Source: Lenisia limosa
Taxonomy: Eukaryota; Protista; Breviatea
Assembly: GCA_001655205.1 (NCBI GenBank)
Contig: LPNZ01003674.1
Location: forward strand, 1-61,424
Direction of reading: 5' to 3'
DNA length: 61,424 nucleotides
This document shows, piece after piece, positions 1-11,824 of this stretch. The notes beneath the pieces are model-generated. The model did no database searches. It was given only the letters and a program-made list of their open reading frames with translations, and had not been told where the DNA came from. The stretch's first letter is position 1; each line of letters begins with the position of its first letter. Both the position numbers and the translations under genes were made by a program.

Positions 1-1796
1 TGGATGTTGAGCCAATGGCCACCTTCCGCGGCCACGTGGCTCCCGTCCTTGCCACGTGCTTCAGTCATGACGGCAATATTGTTGCTTCCGCTTCCCTCGA
101 TGGAGAGGTGGGGCAACAGGCCGTTATCTCGCCATTTTGGTTGGTAATGTGACCCTGTAGATCCGTCTGTGGACAAGCCCCGAGCCCGACACAACTCCCT
201 ACCTCCCCCAGGGCTGCGCTGCCCCGTCATACAGAAAGTCTCTCAAGGGCCACACGTAGGTTATTCTTATTCCCATGGTTCTTTGGATTTTATAAATAGG
301 CACACTTTGGAACAATAAATAATGACATATTCGTTTTTTGTTTATCGAGAATTTTTGTTCTTTTTGGGCAGGAAGTGAACCCTCTCTTTCTCCATGCCGA
401 AGGGGTGGTGAAAGACAAGTTGGGACTAATAACTACAGAGGCGAAAAGTAATTCTTCATGAACTCTGGCCTTCATTTTCTTCATCATTTTCGTCAAACGT
501 GATATATTTATTTCAATTTCAGGTGCTCTTTTTGAGTACTCATTGCTTCAGAGACGCAATTTGGTCTTTGGCTTCGAGTCCGCTGATGCCGCAAATTGCA
601 TCCGCGTCTGCTGACGGTACTGTCCGCGTGTGGGACTACAGCGAGGTCTGTGGCGCTGTCTTTAGGCTTAGGGCATATCTGGGGCCAAAAAGACTGTTAA
701 TATGAAATCAGTCTCTTTGGGCCAACAGGCAAGTCCTAGTTAATGTAGTATTATTGTACACCCCTTGTACCCTTCAAATACCGCGCCTTAGTCACTTCGG
801 ACTGGAAAGACTGATCTACTGACGATTTTTGGGGACAAAGTTCTGCCCAGTGGCAGCCATATCAAATTGTTGTCTAATCGCGGCAGGAGGACTCGCTTGT
901 TTCCGAATGCCAAGCTAACATGGGGGCAGTGACGTCCGTGAAGTTCCTACCTTGTAACCCCCTCCTTATTGTGGCAGCGTAAGGGGCGGATTTTCTTCTA
1001 AATGGCCAAGAATTGACTGACACATTCAGGTACCAGAACGGCAAGATTTGCGTGATCAATAGCCGAAGCGGAGAGATTGAAGCGTCTCATGACACAAACT
1101 GCCAGGTGGGGGTCCGTGATGATGATTTCGGCTGTTCATAGAACTATCAGCATCATCATGTTGGCTTTGCAACACGAAAACCCCTGCTAAATTATGTACC
1201 TTTTTGAGGAGTTTTGTAAATTTAGTCCTTATTGACCAGGGGGGGGGGGCTACTTTTTCTTGATAGAAAGGCTACTAACTTGCCAGATCAACAGCATCGA
1301 CGTCCACCCCACCCTTCCCATGGTCTTCTTGGCTTGTGAGGATCTCACCGTCGTGATCTTCAACCCTGATGAAAGTTGGTGTTTCTCGTCTTCTTTTTTA
1401 TCTTCACTCTCCAGACAAAGTGGTGGAGAAAATTAATGCACACACCGCTGCAGTCGCTGGTGTTGCCTGTGACCCCTCAGGGAACTTCTTCACCTCTTGC
1501 AGTAAGCGCCTTGCTCTCGGATGTCTTTTGTTTTATGCTTTTTAACAGTTGAATTTCGGCCATATGACATAAATGATTTGATCAGGTCACGATTGCTCAT
1601 TGCGATTCTGGGACACCGAAACTCGAGCCTGTTACCATGAGCAGAGTATCCACCGCCAGAGCGGCGACGCCGGCATTAACGTAGGGCTTCTCTCGCCATT
1701 CTTTGTCTCACTCACCCCCAGGCTGTTGCCCTTCACCCCGCACGGTCCTATCTTGCAACGGCTGGTGCTGACTCATCGGTCAAAATCTTCTCCTAA
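1..1796 (+). CDS. STRN: Striatin-family WD40 protein, 3' part (multi-exon, 5' end outside window)
   Basis: Spliced peptides VEPMATFRGHVAPVL, GHT/DAIWSLASS..ASASADGTVRVW, QINSIDVHPTLP, NAHTAAVAGVACDPSG, HDCSLRFWD and AVALHPARSYLATAGADSSVKIFS* follow the striatin C-terminal WD40 order. Stop TAA at 1794-1796. Confidence 0.92.
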
Positions 1797-2210
1797 ACAT
1801 CACCTTTTCACCTTTCTTAAGTTATTTGATATATTATATGTTTTCAGTCAGGTTGGGTATCTTGTAGAGAAGAATAGCTGGTTTCCATTTCATCTCAAGT
1901 TTGGTTTGCAAGTTTTCAAACTCATGTCGAGGGTAGCAACGTGGTCTCAGCAGACAGAAATGTTTGAATGATTCAGGGGGAAGATGGTAATATACGTCCA
2001 AGACGTCCGTAGGCCTCCAAAAAAGATCAGGCATCAGGTTCCAGTCGCGCGAATATTTGAAATTTGAATCAGAGAATTTTGTATTAAATTGTTGTGGTTT
2101 TTGTTGCCAGTTTGTTGCTGAATACTGGTTGAATATTTTAATACAGCTGATTGGTTGGAGAGGGTGAGAAGAAGAGAGATAGGGGAGTTCAGTTTTTGCT
2201 TTTTTCAGCG

Positions 2211-4992
2211 ATGGCGCTCCTCTTCAACGACACTGAGCAGTACATCACGTATGCATTCCTCTATTTTATGTTTGTAAACCGAGCAATGGGCGATTTTCAC
2301 CTTCCCCTTCTCTCCCCAACCTATAACTTTTCTGCTGTTTCCTTTTGGGGGGTCCTTATTGTCTCAGCTTTACTGGCTTCTCCCCAACACTAACTACTTG
2401 GCAGAGGTCTTGTTGGACATGCGAGCGTCTTGAAGTTGAAGCACCTCATATCAGCTGTCCCAGCTGTCAAAGATGAGGTTTGCTTTGCTGTTTTGATAAC
2501 CTTTTACATCACCTTTACACATTTATGTTTGCCATTATTATACTCTTTATATCCAAAATTAGTGTATCTTTTGTATGACGAGCCCATAAATAATCATATT
2601 TCACCTCAAGGTTTTGCCAATGCTCTTAACAGCAATCACTACTCAAACAAAGAATGCCCAGATGATTGAGTTACTCAAATGCGAAGACGAAAAGAGTGGG
2701 GAGGTGCTTACAGACTATTATACATGTGTACCTGTTGTTTTGTTTCTCTGATACTAGTCCTTGCATGGAGTGCTGAAACGCAAAAATCCAATGAGATCAA
2801 AGACCGTGAGTGCCAACAGGACCTTCAAGTGGCCAAGAGCTCTTCTCTCAAGGAAAGCATCAGAGTACGCTGGATCACAGCTTTGTGCTGCTTTCGATCA
2901 TTGACATAGTAAATGTGACAGAAAAGTGGAATTTGAATGACAATTCAAGGTGGCGTTCAACAACCAAGGCGCGCACCTCTTTGCTATGGGACAGTTCAGT
3001 GATGCTACTAAAGAATTCATCCGGTCACGCGACTACTGTGCTGATAGCAAGCATGTGATCCAAATGGTGAGGCGCCGGTGAAAAAAGAAGATAATATATT
3101 ATGCTACAATGAGTGGTTTTGTATTTAATCGAGCCTTTTCCTGACAATTACCACAGTGCGAGGGCATTATTTTATCTGCCTCGTGTGACAATAAATGGTC
3201 CCTTGTTGAGACCCATGCGCAAAAGGGGCTTGAAGGTATCCTAAAGGCCTCCCCTAAGAAGGTTTGTTCTCTGGCGTAACTTTTTATATCAATGTGTGAG
3301 TACTAACCCTCCAGAAGTCTGAGTGGACCACAACCACAACTCTTCAAGTCGCCAATTTCCAGTGAGATGGCTCAAAATAGTGTTGTCCTCATTCACACTT
3401 TTATTTAAACAAATAATTTCAATTACTATGTTTCTTTTGACAGCCAAGGTCAGCGCTTGCCTTGGCAGCCTTCCGAAAGGGGGACTTTGCCCAAGCTGCT
3501 GAGAACTTCATCAACCGCCCCAACACTGAAGAGGGTTGGAAAGAGGTCAGTCACGCCAAATAGATCCGATTGACTTTGTAGGTTGTCTCCGCAATTGAAA
3601 TTTCAATGTATGGCGCTCTGAGTGCACTTGCAACTTATGATAGGAAAGAGATCCAAGAAAAGGTAGCTGACGCACCTGGCGGTAGATTGACTTAGTAGGT
3701 GATGCAACCCTCAGTCTTCCGAAATATGTTGGAGGCTGTGCCTTCTATCAGAGACATGATGAAGGTTTGTCAGTTCTCTGGCAATTCAACTAATAATAGT
3801 CTTATATGAAGTGCGACTACAAGGACTTTGCTGCACGCTTCAGTGCTCTCTGTGTTGGAGGATGCTTTTTTTTCACCCCGCCATGATGATAGCGTTTTCA
3901 GTAGATTATCGCGAGACAGGCCCTCTTCTGTCCACTCCGGATCTGGGGGGGGGGGTAAATTAGAAAAATTATGAATAAGGCCCACCTCTTTTTGATATGC
4001 TTTTTGGTTTATATTCTAGGGAGTTATGCAAACTGACTTCCATCTTGTGACCCTCAAACATGAACTTGTCAAGAAAATCAATGGCAAAGTTGTTGCCGAT
4101 TACTTCTCTCCTTATTCAAGGTGCGATTGTAATATTTGGGACTTCTTTTTTGTTGAAGTCTTATTTAACACAGGGTAACGCATGCTCAAATGGAGAGTGA
4201 CTTTGGTACCAATTTTAGGCTTTATTTCAAGGTAAGCAGGAGTATTCGTTCTTTTTCGGTCGCTTTATATAATATAGGTTTGTTGCCATTAACGCCCCAG
4301 ACTGCAGAATCGTTGATGATGTGCTCTGCTCTGAAATTCCGTTTCAATGAGGTGGAAAGCGTGGGGGGCTAGAATTCCGCTTCAATGAGGTGGAAAGCGT
4401 GGGGTGGCTAGAATTCCGCTTCCATGAGGTGGAAAGCGTGGGGTGGCTAGAATTCCGCTTCAATGAGGTGGAAAGCGTGGGGTGGCTTTAATATTTTTAT
4501 GACATTTTGTTCAAAATATTAACGTTCTTACCCGCTAGACCTTCGACCGTATCAGAAACGATGTGACGTTAGCAGAAGTTGATATGTTAGTCAACGATGT
4601 TGCGAGTGCAGTCAAGGAAGATGCCCAGGTTTGTGGTACCACTTCATAATCTTTCAAGGTGATTGTGCAACAAAAAACCGCCACTCTGGCCAATGCCCAG
4701 CATCCAGTTGTCAAAAATGCTGAAAGAAAAGATTCCTTTGTAGGGGGGTCAAGTATCTCTACCAATATTGTACTCTCAATTTGAGGCAAAGTTCTGTAAC
4801 GACTATTTAGGTCATAGTAGAGCGTTCAAATGGCATGAAGTCAAACTTCCCGAGTAGAATGGGGGGAGGAAGACGACGGGCCAATAAGGACACAGTATGC
4901 CAACACACAGCCAGCACACTAACAGATTATTAGATGTTAGACGAGGTGACGATCCTTCAAAGTCAAAGAAGTCTCATAGAATCTCCTCCTGA
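2211..4992 (+). CDS. GPS1: COP9 signalosome subunit 1 (RPN7/PCI domains), multi-exon; 3' end approximate
   Basis: Exons give SSLKESIR, EFIRSRDYCADSKHVIQM, EISMYGALSALATYDRKEIQ and VVADYFSPYS, collinear with CSN1 (NSIKESIR, RARDYC, YGGLCALATFDR, IQYFSPY). Confidence 0.88.
4335..4487. repeat. Intronic 39-bp minisatellite, 4 copies (AATTCCGCTTCAATGAGGTGGAAAGCGTGGGGTGGCTAG)
   Basis: Tandem copies visible at 4335, 4373, 4412 and 4451. Confidence 0.95.
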
Positions 4993-5251
4993 ATTGAACA
5001 CAGTGTCTGAACCTCTTCAAGACAGATTGCAGGAAATGGTTGGTGGCTTTGGGGCTTATCCTGTCATTGTCTGCATTGACCTTCTAGGGGATCACAGAGG
5101 AAGAATTGAGAGGAATTATGAATTAATTTTTGTGTAATATGCAACATCACTCCTGTACACTAACACTTGGAAATAAATAGCTACTGGATTGCCTAAATGG
5201 AAAGAAATGAAAAGAAACAAAGAAACCATAAAAAAAAAGACTAGGAATGTG

Positions 5252-8200
5252 TTACCATTTTGACTCGTTCGAAGATATCAGCAAAGCTCTGGATATCTTC
5301 AGAAGGAGGGGTCTCAACAAAGCACTGCGGGGTCTTTGGTGGCGGACCAAGTTTACCTTCATGAGTGAACCAAGCACCTGGGACGGTAGGCCTACCTCGG
5401 TAAGATGACCAGTGAGATCCTGAGCCTTTTTTAAAGAGGCCTTGGACGGTGGTGACCGGCGGCCCTCCAATTGCAGGTATTACTGGTCCTGATACAGATG
5501 ACTTTATCAGGTTGTTAGGAGGATCTCAAGTGAAAGCCAAACACACCTGGGATTTCTGAGGATGCAGGTCTTCTCGCTCCTTCAGCAATGTGATGGTCAA
5601 AGAGTGGTAACGGGGTATCTACACCAATAAATCAACAGAAGAAATATAAGCAATAAAGTGAGTTTGACTGGCAACCTGGGGTGGGGGGAGCGATGGGGGT
5701 GAGTGGTCTATTTTTCTTTTGAAGAACAGCATAAGCAGGAGTCCGTGAGAGATACGTGTCCTGTATCACATTGGTGTTCATATCTGAAGAGTCATCAGCA
5801 GAATTCAACTGACTTGGAAGACTTCGGGCGCAAATTGGCTTTGGTTCTGCTTTGATGGGGCCTAGAGGCAGCGGTCGGAGTGAAGGTAGTTTTGAGAGAT
5901 TGGGAATGGGGAATAAGGGGGTACGGGGAGGAGTGCTGTTCCTGTCATCCGAAGACAACGGGGTGACAGAGATTGGCTCCAGGTCTTCCTCAGGGTTGTT
6001 GAGCTGGTCATACTCTGTCACAACAGAAAGGGGAACAAACTGAATTATTATTTGACATATTAGATTTAGCTACATGTGTGTTACATAAATGATTGATATA
6101 TACTACTACAATGTATATGATATAATATGGTTTGTATAATAGTATTATACAGCATATTAAATTACAATGTGCTTTTGATCAAACATTCGTTTCATAAGAC
6201 CCACAAACTTGGGGGTTCGTACACGATTCTGGAGAGGGGGATCTTGAAGGCTTTGGTGAACTTTGTTCAATCGCCTTATAATAAAGTGGGGATGGGGCTC
6301 TAATACTTGCTGGACTGCTAACAGCCACTTCAGAAGAGAGGTTACACTCAACTACCTCAGGTTCAACGTTAACCATACCCGCTTCATCTCCCGTCTTCTC
6401 TTCTGCTGTGCTTGGGGATTCCTTTGGATTCTCCTGAAGACAGTTTCCTTTCAGTGCTGTTGTCGATACCTGGCTGATTGGCTTGAGCACTCTGACACTG
6501 AGGACTGCGGTAGTGAGGTCTTCGGAAGAGGAGGGAACTGAACTGTCGGCCAAAATCATAGGCTTAAGAATGGGGCTTAGGCTATTTCGAAGCGGTTTGA
6601 TGCGCGTGACCATTGAAAGTTGTGGAGTGGGGGAGACGGATGAGACACACGTGACTTTCTTCTTTGGTGGAGATTCCTTAACAATTATTGGCTCGGAGGG
6701 GATAGCAACTGGTCGATGATGGATAATTGGCCCGGAAGAGAACGACCCCCTTCGTTTCATTTTCTGATCTGAAATCATGGGGAGCTTGTCATCAGGCCGA
6801 ATCTCCATAGCAGAAGAAGATCTTTGTGAGTTAATGGAAGTAAGGTGAGACCCAGTCAATAGACAACATCACTAATGGCCAGCCAACCTTATGCCCTCAT
6901 TCGACGCTAAAATTCGATTTGGTGGTACACTCTGTGACCGGGACTTAATGATGATTTCCTAAATATTCGTAAGGCCTTGTCGTATCAAAGTCAATGATAC
7001 TTAGAGAACGGAATTCAAGCAACCCGGCGTAGCAAACCTTGATAGGAAGCCTTGCGGGGGGCGACGCTAGTGGAGTCATTTCTATGGAGTCTTCAGAAGC
7101 ATTGCTTGAAGATGAAGACGCAACGGAACTTGTGGGGACTATCGGAGATGATTCGCTGAATGGACACTTCATTGCCGGGCTCTTGGTGGCAAGAACCTTG
7201 ACTTGCCTTCCAGCCCCTTGGGCCACACGGCTGTTCCGTCGGTTCATGATCTTGCGCTGGGGTGACGCCGGCGTAAAGACTCGTTTTGGCGACACTAATC
7301 GGTAATAGCAGATTGTGTAATTATGAAAGGCCATTCACACCATCACGTTTAAATCGGTTATATTACAATTTAATGTGCAGATACCTCCCTGTTTCAGAAA
7401 CAAATAGTAGCCCTCAGTGGCTTACTTGGAGTAGGAGGCTGGATTGTTGGCGGCGGGAGTTCTCCCAAATGACATGTCCTCACTGCACTTCGCGCGGCCT
7501 ATTGTATAAAATGGATACAACGGTGGGGGGAAATAGCGCTCACCTTGTTCAGTAAAACCGAAGTGGAATCTGATGATATTGAGCTCTTCAGTGATATTTC
7601 ACGAAACTAAAACCATCAATTTTGAAACTTCATATTTCATAAAACATCTTCAAAGAACCAGTTCCTACATTCCACTCAATTGGCTTCATGCTACACATGT
7701 CACGAGGGAGACCAGAGCCAATTCGAATGCTGTCCACCATATGTCCGACTTAGGGGGTCAAAAAGTGGTGTAACTGAAACCTTGGAATAAAAACCCACTT
7801 TTCACGTAAGACTCGACATAGCATTTGACGAGAGTATCAAAGCTGTCAAACTCAAAATCCTTGCCTCCGAGCCCATCATCACGTGACAAACCGAGAGACC
7901 CCCAAAGAGCCCCACATTTCACTGCAAGAACTATGTGTCTGATCAATTAGTGGTCATAAAGAAACCTCACACTTTCAAGACATACCTGTATTCTTTTCCT
8001 GAGCTTGTGATGGATGTGAATGAAATGGGAAGCCTCTGCAATTGCGAAATAGGTGCAGTCAAGTATCTGAATTACTAAGAACATATCATGAGTGGCGAGT
8101 GAATCCCTGTGTTTTCAGTCCAAAAAAAGGCAAGTTAATGTCACTCTCATGGGTGTATTGAAAAAAGCCGTTGTTTTTAGGACCAAGTGAATCCATAATT

Positions 8201-9060
8201 ATCACAGTTTCATGATGTAAAAAGTATCTCTCATTTAAGATTTTAGGGTAGTTTTAGGCCTACATAAAAGCCAGAACCGCTTCAAGGCATTTGATTGGTC
8301 TTTGAGCCTGTGAACGTCAATAACTGGGTCAGTGCAAAATTATTATCCCCCTCTGTCCAACAATGAAGAAGGTTATCCCAATAAGGGATCAAAAACCAGA
8401 AGAAGCGTCACAAATAACAGGCTCACTTGTAATATAGCTCTAGCCTGACCCATCAATCTGAATATTGGCCGGTTTTTTGACACAATAAAAGAGGCAGGCC
8501 CGTTCAAATTGTACCTGAATCAATGAGCGCTATTCAACTCAGGATTCAAAGAGCCATATTGCCAACGTGAACGACTCGATGTGCTTTTGGTACGCCAACG
8601 CCTGGTCGATTGCTGTGTGGCTCGAGTTGAATGATGGCAGCTGAAGTCCATGAATTTTCAATGATAAATGAAATTTCAATGATATATGAAGGCTTCAGTA
8701 ATCTCATCTTAACAAACATTTGGAACTGTGGTGTCTGAGTAAATGTCCTGTTCAGCCACTTTGCCCTGGGTTCCAACAAATAACTTGTTTGCAATACCAA
8801 TTTGCATACCACCTTAAACAATCAGCAATGTCCAACAAAACGACCCATTCCTTGCAACCAACCTGAGCCTTCATGTTGGGGGTACTCACGATAGACAGAG
8901 TCCATGGAGACATGGGTAGAGGACTCAACCAACGCTGGTACAGGTTCCGAACTAAACGTTAGTCTGATTTATAGGATTCCTACGAGGCAGGCGAGTTATC
9001 CTCATCCGATGTTGGTGGGGTCAAGTCCCCAGAGATGGTCACGGTTGGAGGTATCGTCAT
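5252..9060 (-). CDS. VASH: Vasohibin-family tubulinyl-Tyr carboxypeptidase with long Ser/Pro-rich C-terminal extension; 5' end uncertain
   Basis: Spliced: HIESFTYNLNG..SKNRPIFRLM, AQRPIKCLEAVL, RLPISF..YRHIVLAV..GSLGLSR, KPIEW. The vasohibin PIKCLEA catalytic Cys and RHIV catalytic His are intact. Canonical introns link the domain to the low-complexity ORFs 6179-6859, 5632-6021 and 5252-5470. Confidence 0.87.
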
Positions 9061-9502
9061 ATGGTTAGAACTCCATCATTATTGAATACTTTCAAGCATA
9101 TCCTCTTCACATCTCAGCCTGCCCAAGTGATAGACTATGCTGTCATTTGAGCGGCTTTTGTGTTTGTCAATGGTAGGCCCAGTAGCCGTGGTGAATTGAC
9201 GTCAGTGACAAGTCGTTGTTGGGTATGGTGTAAGTCCGTCTGGGATGGTGTGGTGTGTGATGCAGGTTTGGGTGGAGTGTGGTGGGTTGAGGTTGGTTGG
9301 AATTTGTCAGTCGGTACAAGTTCGGGCCTTCCCCCCCCCCCCCCCNNNNNNNNNNNNNNNNNNNNNNNNNNNNNNNNNNNNNNNNNNNNNNNNNNNNNNN
9401 NNNNNNNNNNNNNNNNNNNNNNNNNNNNNNNNNNNNNNNNNNNNNNNNNNNNNNNNNNNNNNCAAAAATTCAAAAAAAAAGCACAACCCCTTTTGCTGTG
9501 TT

Positions 9503-11497
9503 ATGATGGAGCATCCCTCAAAAATTGTTGTTTACGTTCGAGGCGGGGGGGAAATTGCGTCTGCGGTCATTCACCGCCTGAGAAAATGCGGATTCTCAGT
9601 GGTATGCAGTGAAATAGCAAAGCCGCTTGCTGTCAGACGACAGGTATTTGGGATTTGGGGCAATGTTAAATCAGTAAGTACAATGGTTGGACCCCCTCTT
9701 CTCTTTTCACTTTCACCATCATTTTGATTTATCTGTTGCTGATATCAATAACTTATGCTCGTTTAGGTATCATTTTGTGAAGTTGTCTTGGGCAAGACAG
9801 CTGAAGTTGAAGGAGTGAAAGGAACCTTTGCCGAGACCTTTGATGACGTAACTTCTGCATGGAAAATGGGGCAGGTTTGTTGGATTCAGGAATGATGTCT
9901 TTCTGAGCCGAATAAAAACATCTTTCAAAGAGGGTTTATGCAAAAACACGATTTTCTTCTCAGAACCTCGCTTTACCGTATTTATAAAGAAGAGCTGTAT
10001 ATAAGCGCTGCTGAATATTACTGTCAACTTTTGATGAAGCGCATAGAAAAATTCTTACGACGTCAGTTGATTTTTTTTTGATTTTTTTTTTCAAAAATTA
10101 GGAGGTCACTAAAAATTGAAAAATAGTCATTTTTCTTTAGGTTGTAAAAGAACGAAGTATTCCCAAAAAAATATCATGCCTTTCTTTGACCAATGGTGAT
10201 TTCAAGCATTTTCATCTACGTTTCAGTTCGACAATAGCACACTGTTTGTTTTTGTAATTGAAGTAGGTCCCAGTCATCGTGGACCCCAATATGGAGATGC
10301 TCTCTGTCATCAAACCGGACTTTGTTGTTGACTGTATCCTCGCAAAAAAGAACCTTGGAAGTTTGTGGAGAAGGGTCTGGCCTTGAGTTTGCCAGTGTCT
10401 TCTAAACATTACAGCCAAGCTGAAGCAAGGTTCTCGTGGTGTCATCGCTCTCGGCCCTGGCTTCCAGGTAGGCTTGACTGTTGATTCTATCTTTGGTTAA
10501 CATCGGACAACATGTGTCATTTTGGGGTGGTTTAAAATAATAATAAAAAAGCATTCCTGTTTCGTTTTCGTTTTGATTATTGGGTAGTTTGGCCGTTTGT
10601 ATCACTCATCATCAGGTCGGAAGGGATTGTGACGTGATTATCGAAACGAACCGAGGTCATCATTTGGGCCGAGTTTTCAGCAAAATTGGTGAAGAGGCTG
10701 CCCCCAACACCGGAATACCTGGTATGTATGCATTTCCATCATGGTCAGTCTTACGCCTCAGGAGCGATTATGGGCGTATCAGCGGACAGAGTACTGAGAG
10801 CCCCAGTTAGTGGAACAATTTGCCATGTCAAGAATATTGGAGATATGGTTGAAAAGGTGAGCGCAACTGACTGTCTGTTGAGCTGGGTGTTTTCAAACGA
10901 TACAAATTACTATGTAAACATCTTGGTTATTTTCATGTTTCCAGGATGAGGTGATCTGTACTGTTGATGGACATAAGGTTCGAAGTCTCATTTCAGGTTT
11001 GAGTCATTATTATGTTGTCGCATGGTTTGAATAATTCTGATGTGGAAATATCAGTTGCAGCACTAATTCATTCAGGTATCATCAGGGGCCTGATTATGAA
11101 TGGAGCTATTGTGAAAGAAAAACTAAAAATTGGAGATGTTGACCCTCGCGGTGATAGCACAGCAGTCCACACCATTAGGTATGAATGTTGTCTTTCTACT
11201 TTACCTTGAAATCGTATCACATAGATATTATGATATGATAGTATTACCCATATTATTCATATTATATAGTATAAATGATATGTTATAATTACACATGATA
11301 CTCTTTTTACATTGGCTTATCCCGGTCACTGTATGTGTGTTTATTATGCCAAAGTCACATTACAAATGGTAACAGTTTCAAAGTCGTAGAAGTAACGATG
11401 TGTGTACTCTAATATGTATGTTATTCACCCTTGTAGTGACAAGTCCCGCAATATTTCTGGAGGAGTGCTTCAGGCCATTCTTGAAAGAATGCTGTAG
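9503..11497 (+). CDS. yqeB: Selenium-dependent molybdenum hydroxylase system protein YqeB (short EF2563-type, about 270 aa), 9 exons / 8 GT-AG introns
   Basis: Spliced: VRGGGEIASAVIHRL..EIAKPLAVRRQVSF..VPVIVDP..VVDCILAKKNLGT..VIALGPGF..VIIETNRGHHLGRV..PNTGIPG..RVLRAP..GIIRGLI..KIGDVDPRG..TISDKSRNISGGVLQAIL*. All exons join in frame; stop TAG at 11495-11497. Confidence 0.95.
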
Positions 11498-11824
11498 TTA
11501 TGGTATCCTCGTATTTCTGTTTTTTTCTGTTGTTTCGGTTCTTTTTTGTTTCTCTTCCAATTTCATCTGTTTCTGAATATTCAAATCAAGCTTATCAAAT
11601 CAGTGTTTTCATACAACCCCTTGATGCTGCCTTGATGTACACTTGATCCTTCATTTCTTGAAACAAATTCAAACACTACAGGCAAGAACCAAACGATCAC
11701 CAATGATCTTCTGCCTGTTTTTGTTCCAATCAAAATTTTTCATTTATATTATTCATTAATTTTTATTATCGATACACAACAACACATACGATAAATGATG
11801 AAGAAACGAAGCGAGGATGCTTGA

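Noticed and set aside
3230-3270. GTATCCT resembling a U12-type donor in CSN1
   Set aside because: It reads through as coding sequence (GLEGILKASPKK) to a normal GTTTG donor.
4335-4487. Regular repeats that might be a CRISPR array (also 19358-19444, 21875-21938, 49321-49416)
   Set aside because: Head-to-tail copies with no unique spacers, no cas genes, and a eukaryotic intronic context.
8690-8800. DENN-like motif (FTQTPQFQMF) on the minus strand
   Set aside because: Wrong frame; the vasohibin reading frame joins these exons consistently.
9503-11497. Bacterial contamination or chimeric scaffold as the source of yqeB
   Set aside because: Eight spliceosomal introns with the same signals as neighbouring genes interrupt the ORF. 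A gap lies just upstream, but the downstream side is contiguous with the DGK gene.
9503-11700. In-frame UGA (selenocysteine) or SECIS element associated with yqeB
   Set aside because: The spliced frame has no internal TGA and I see no convincing SECIS hairpin in the short 3' region. YqeB belongs to the Se-cofactor trait, not Sec decoding.
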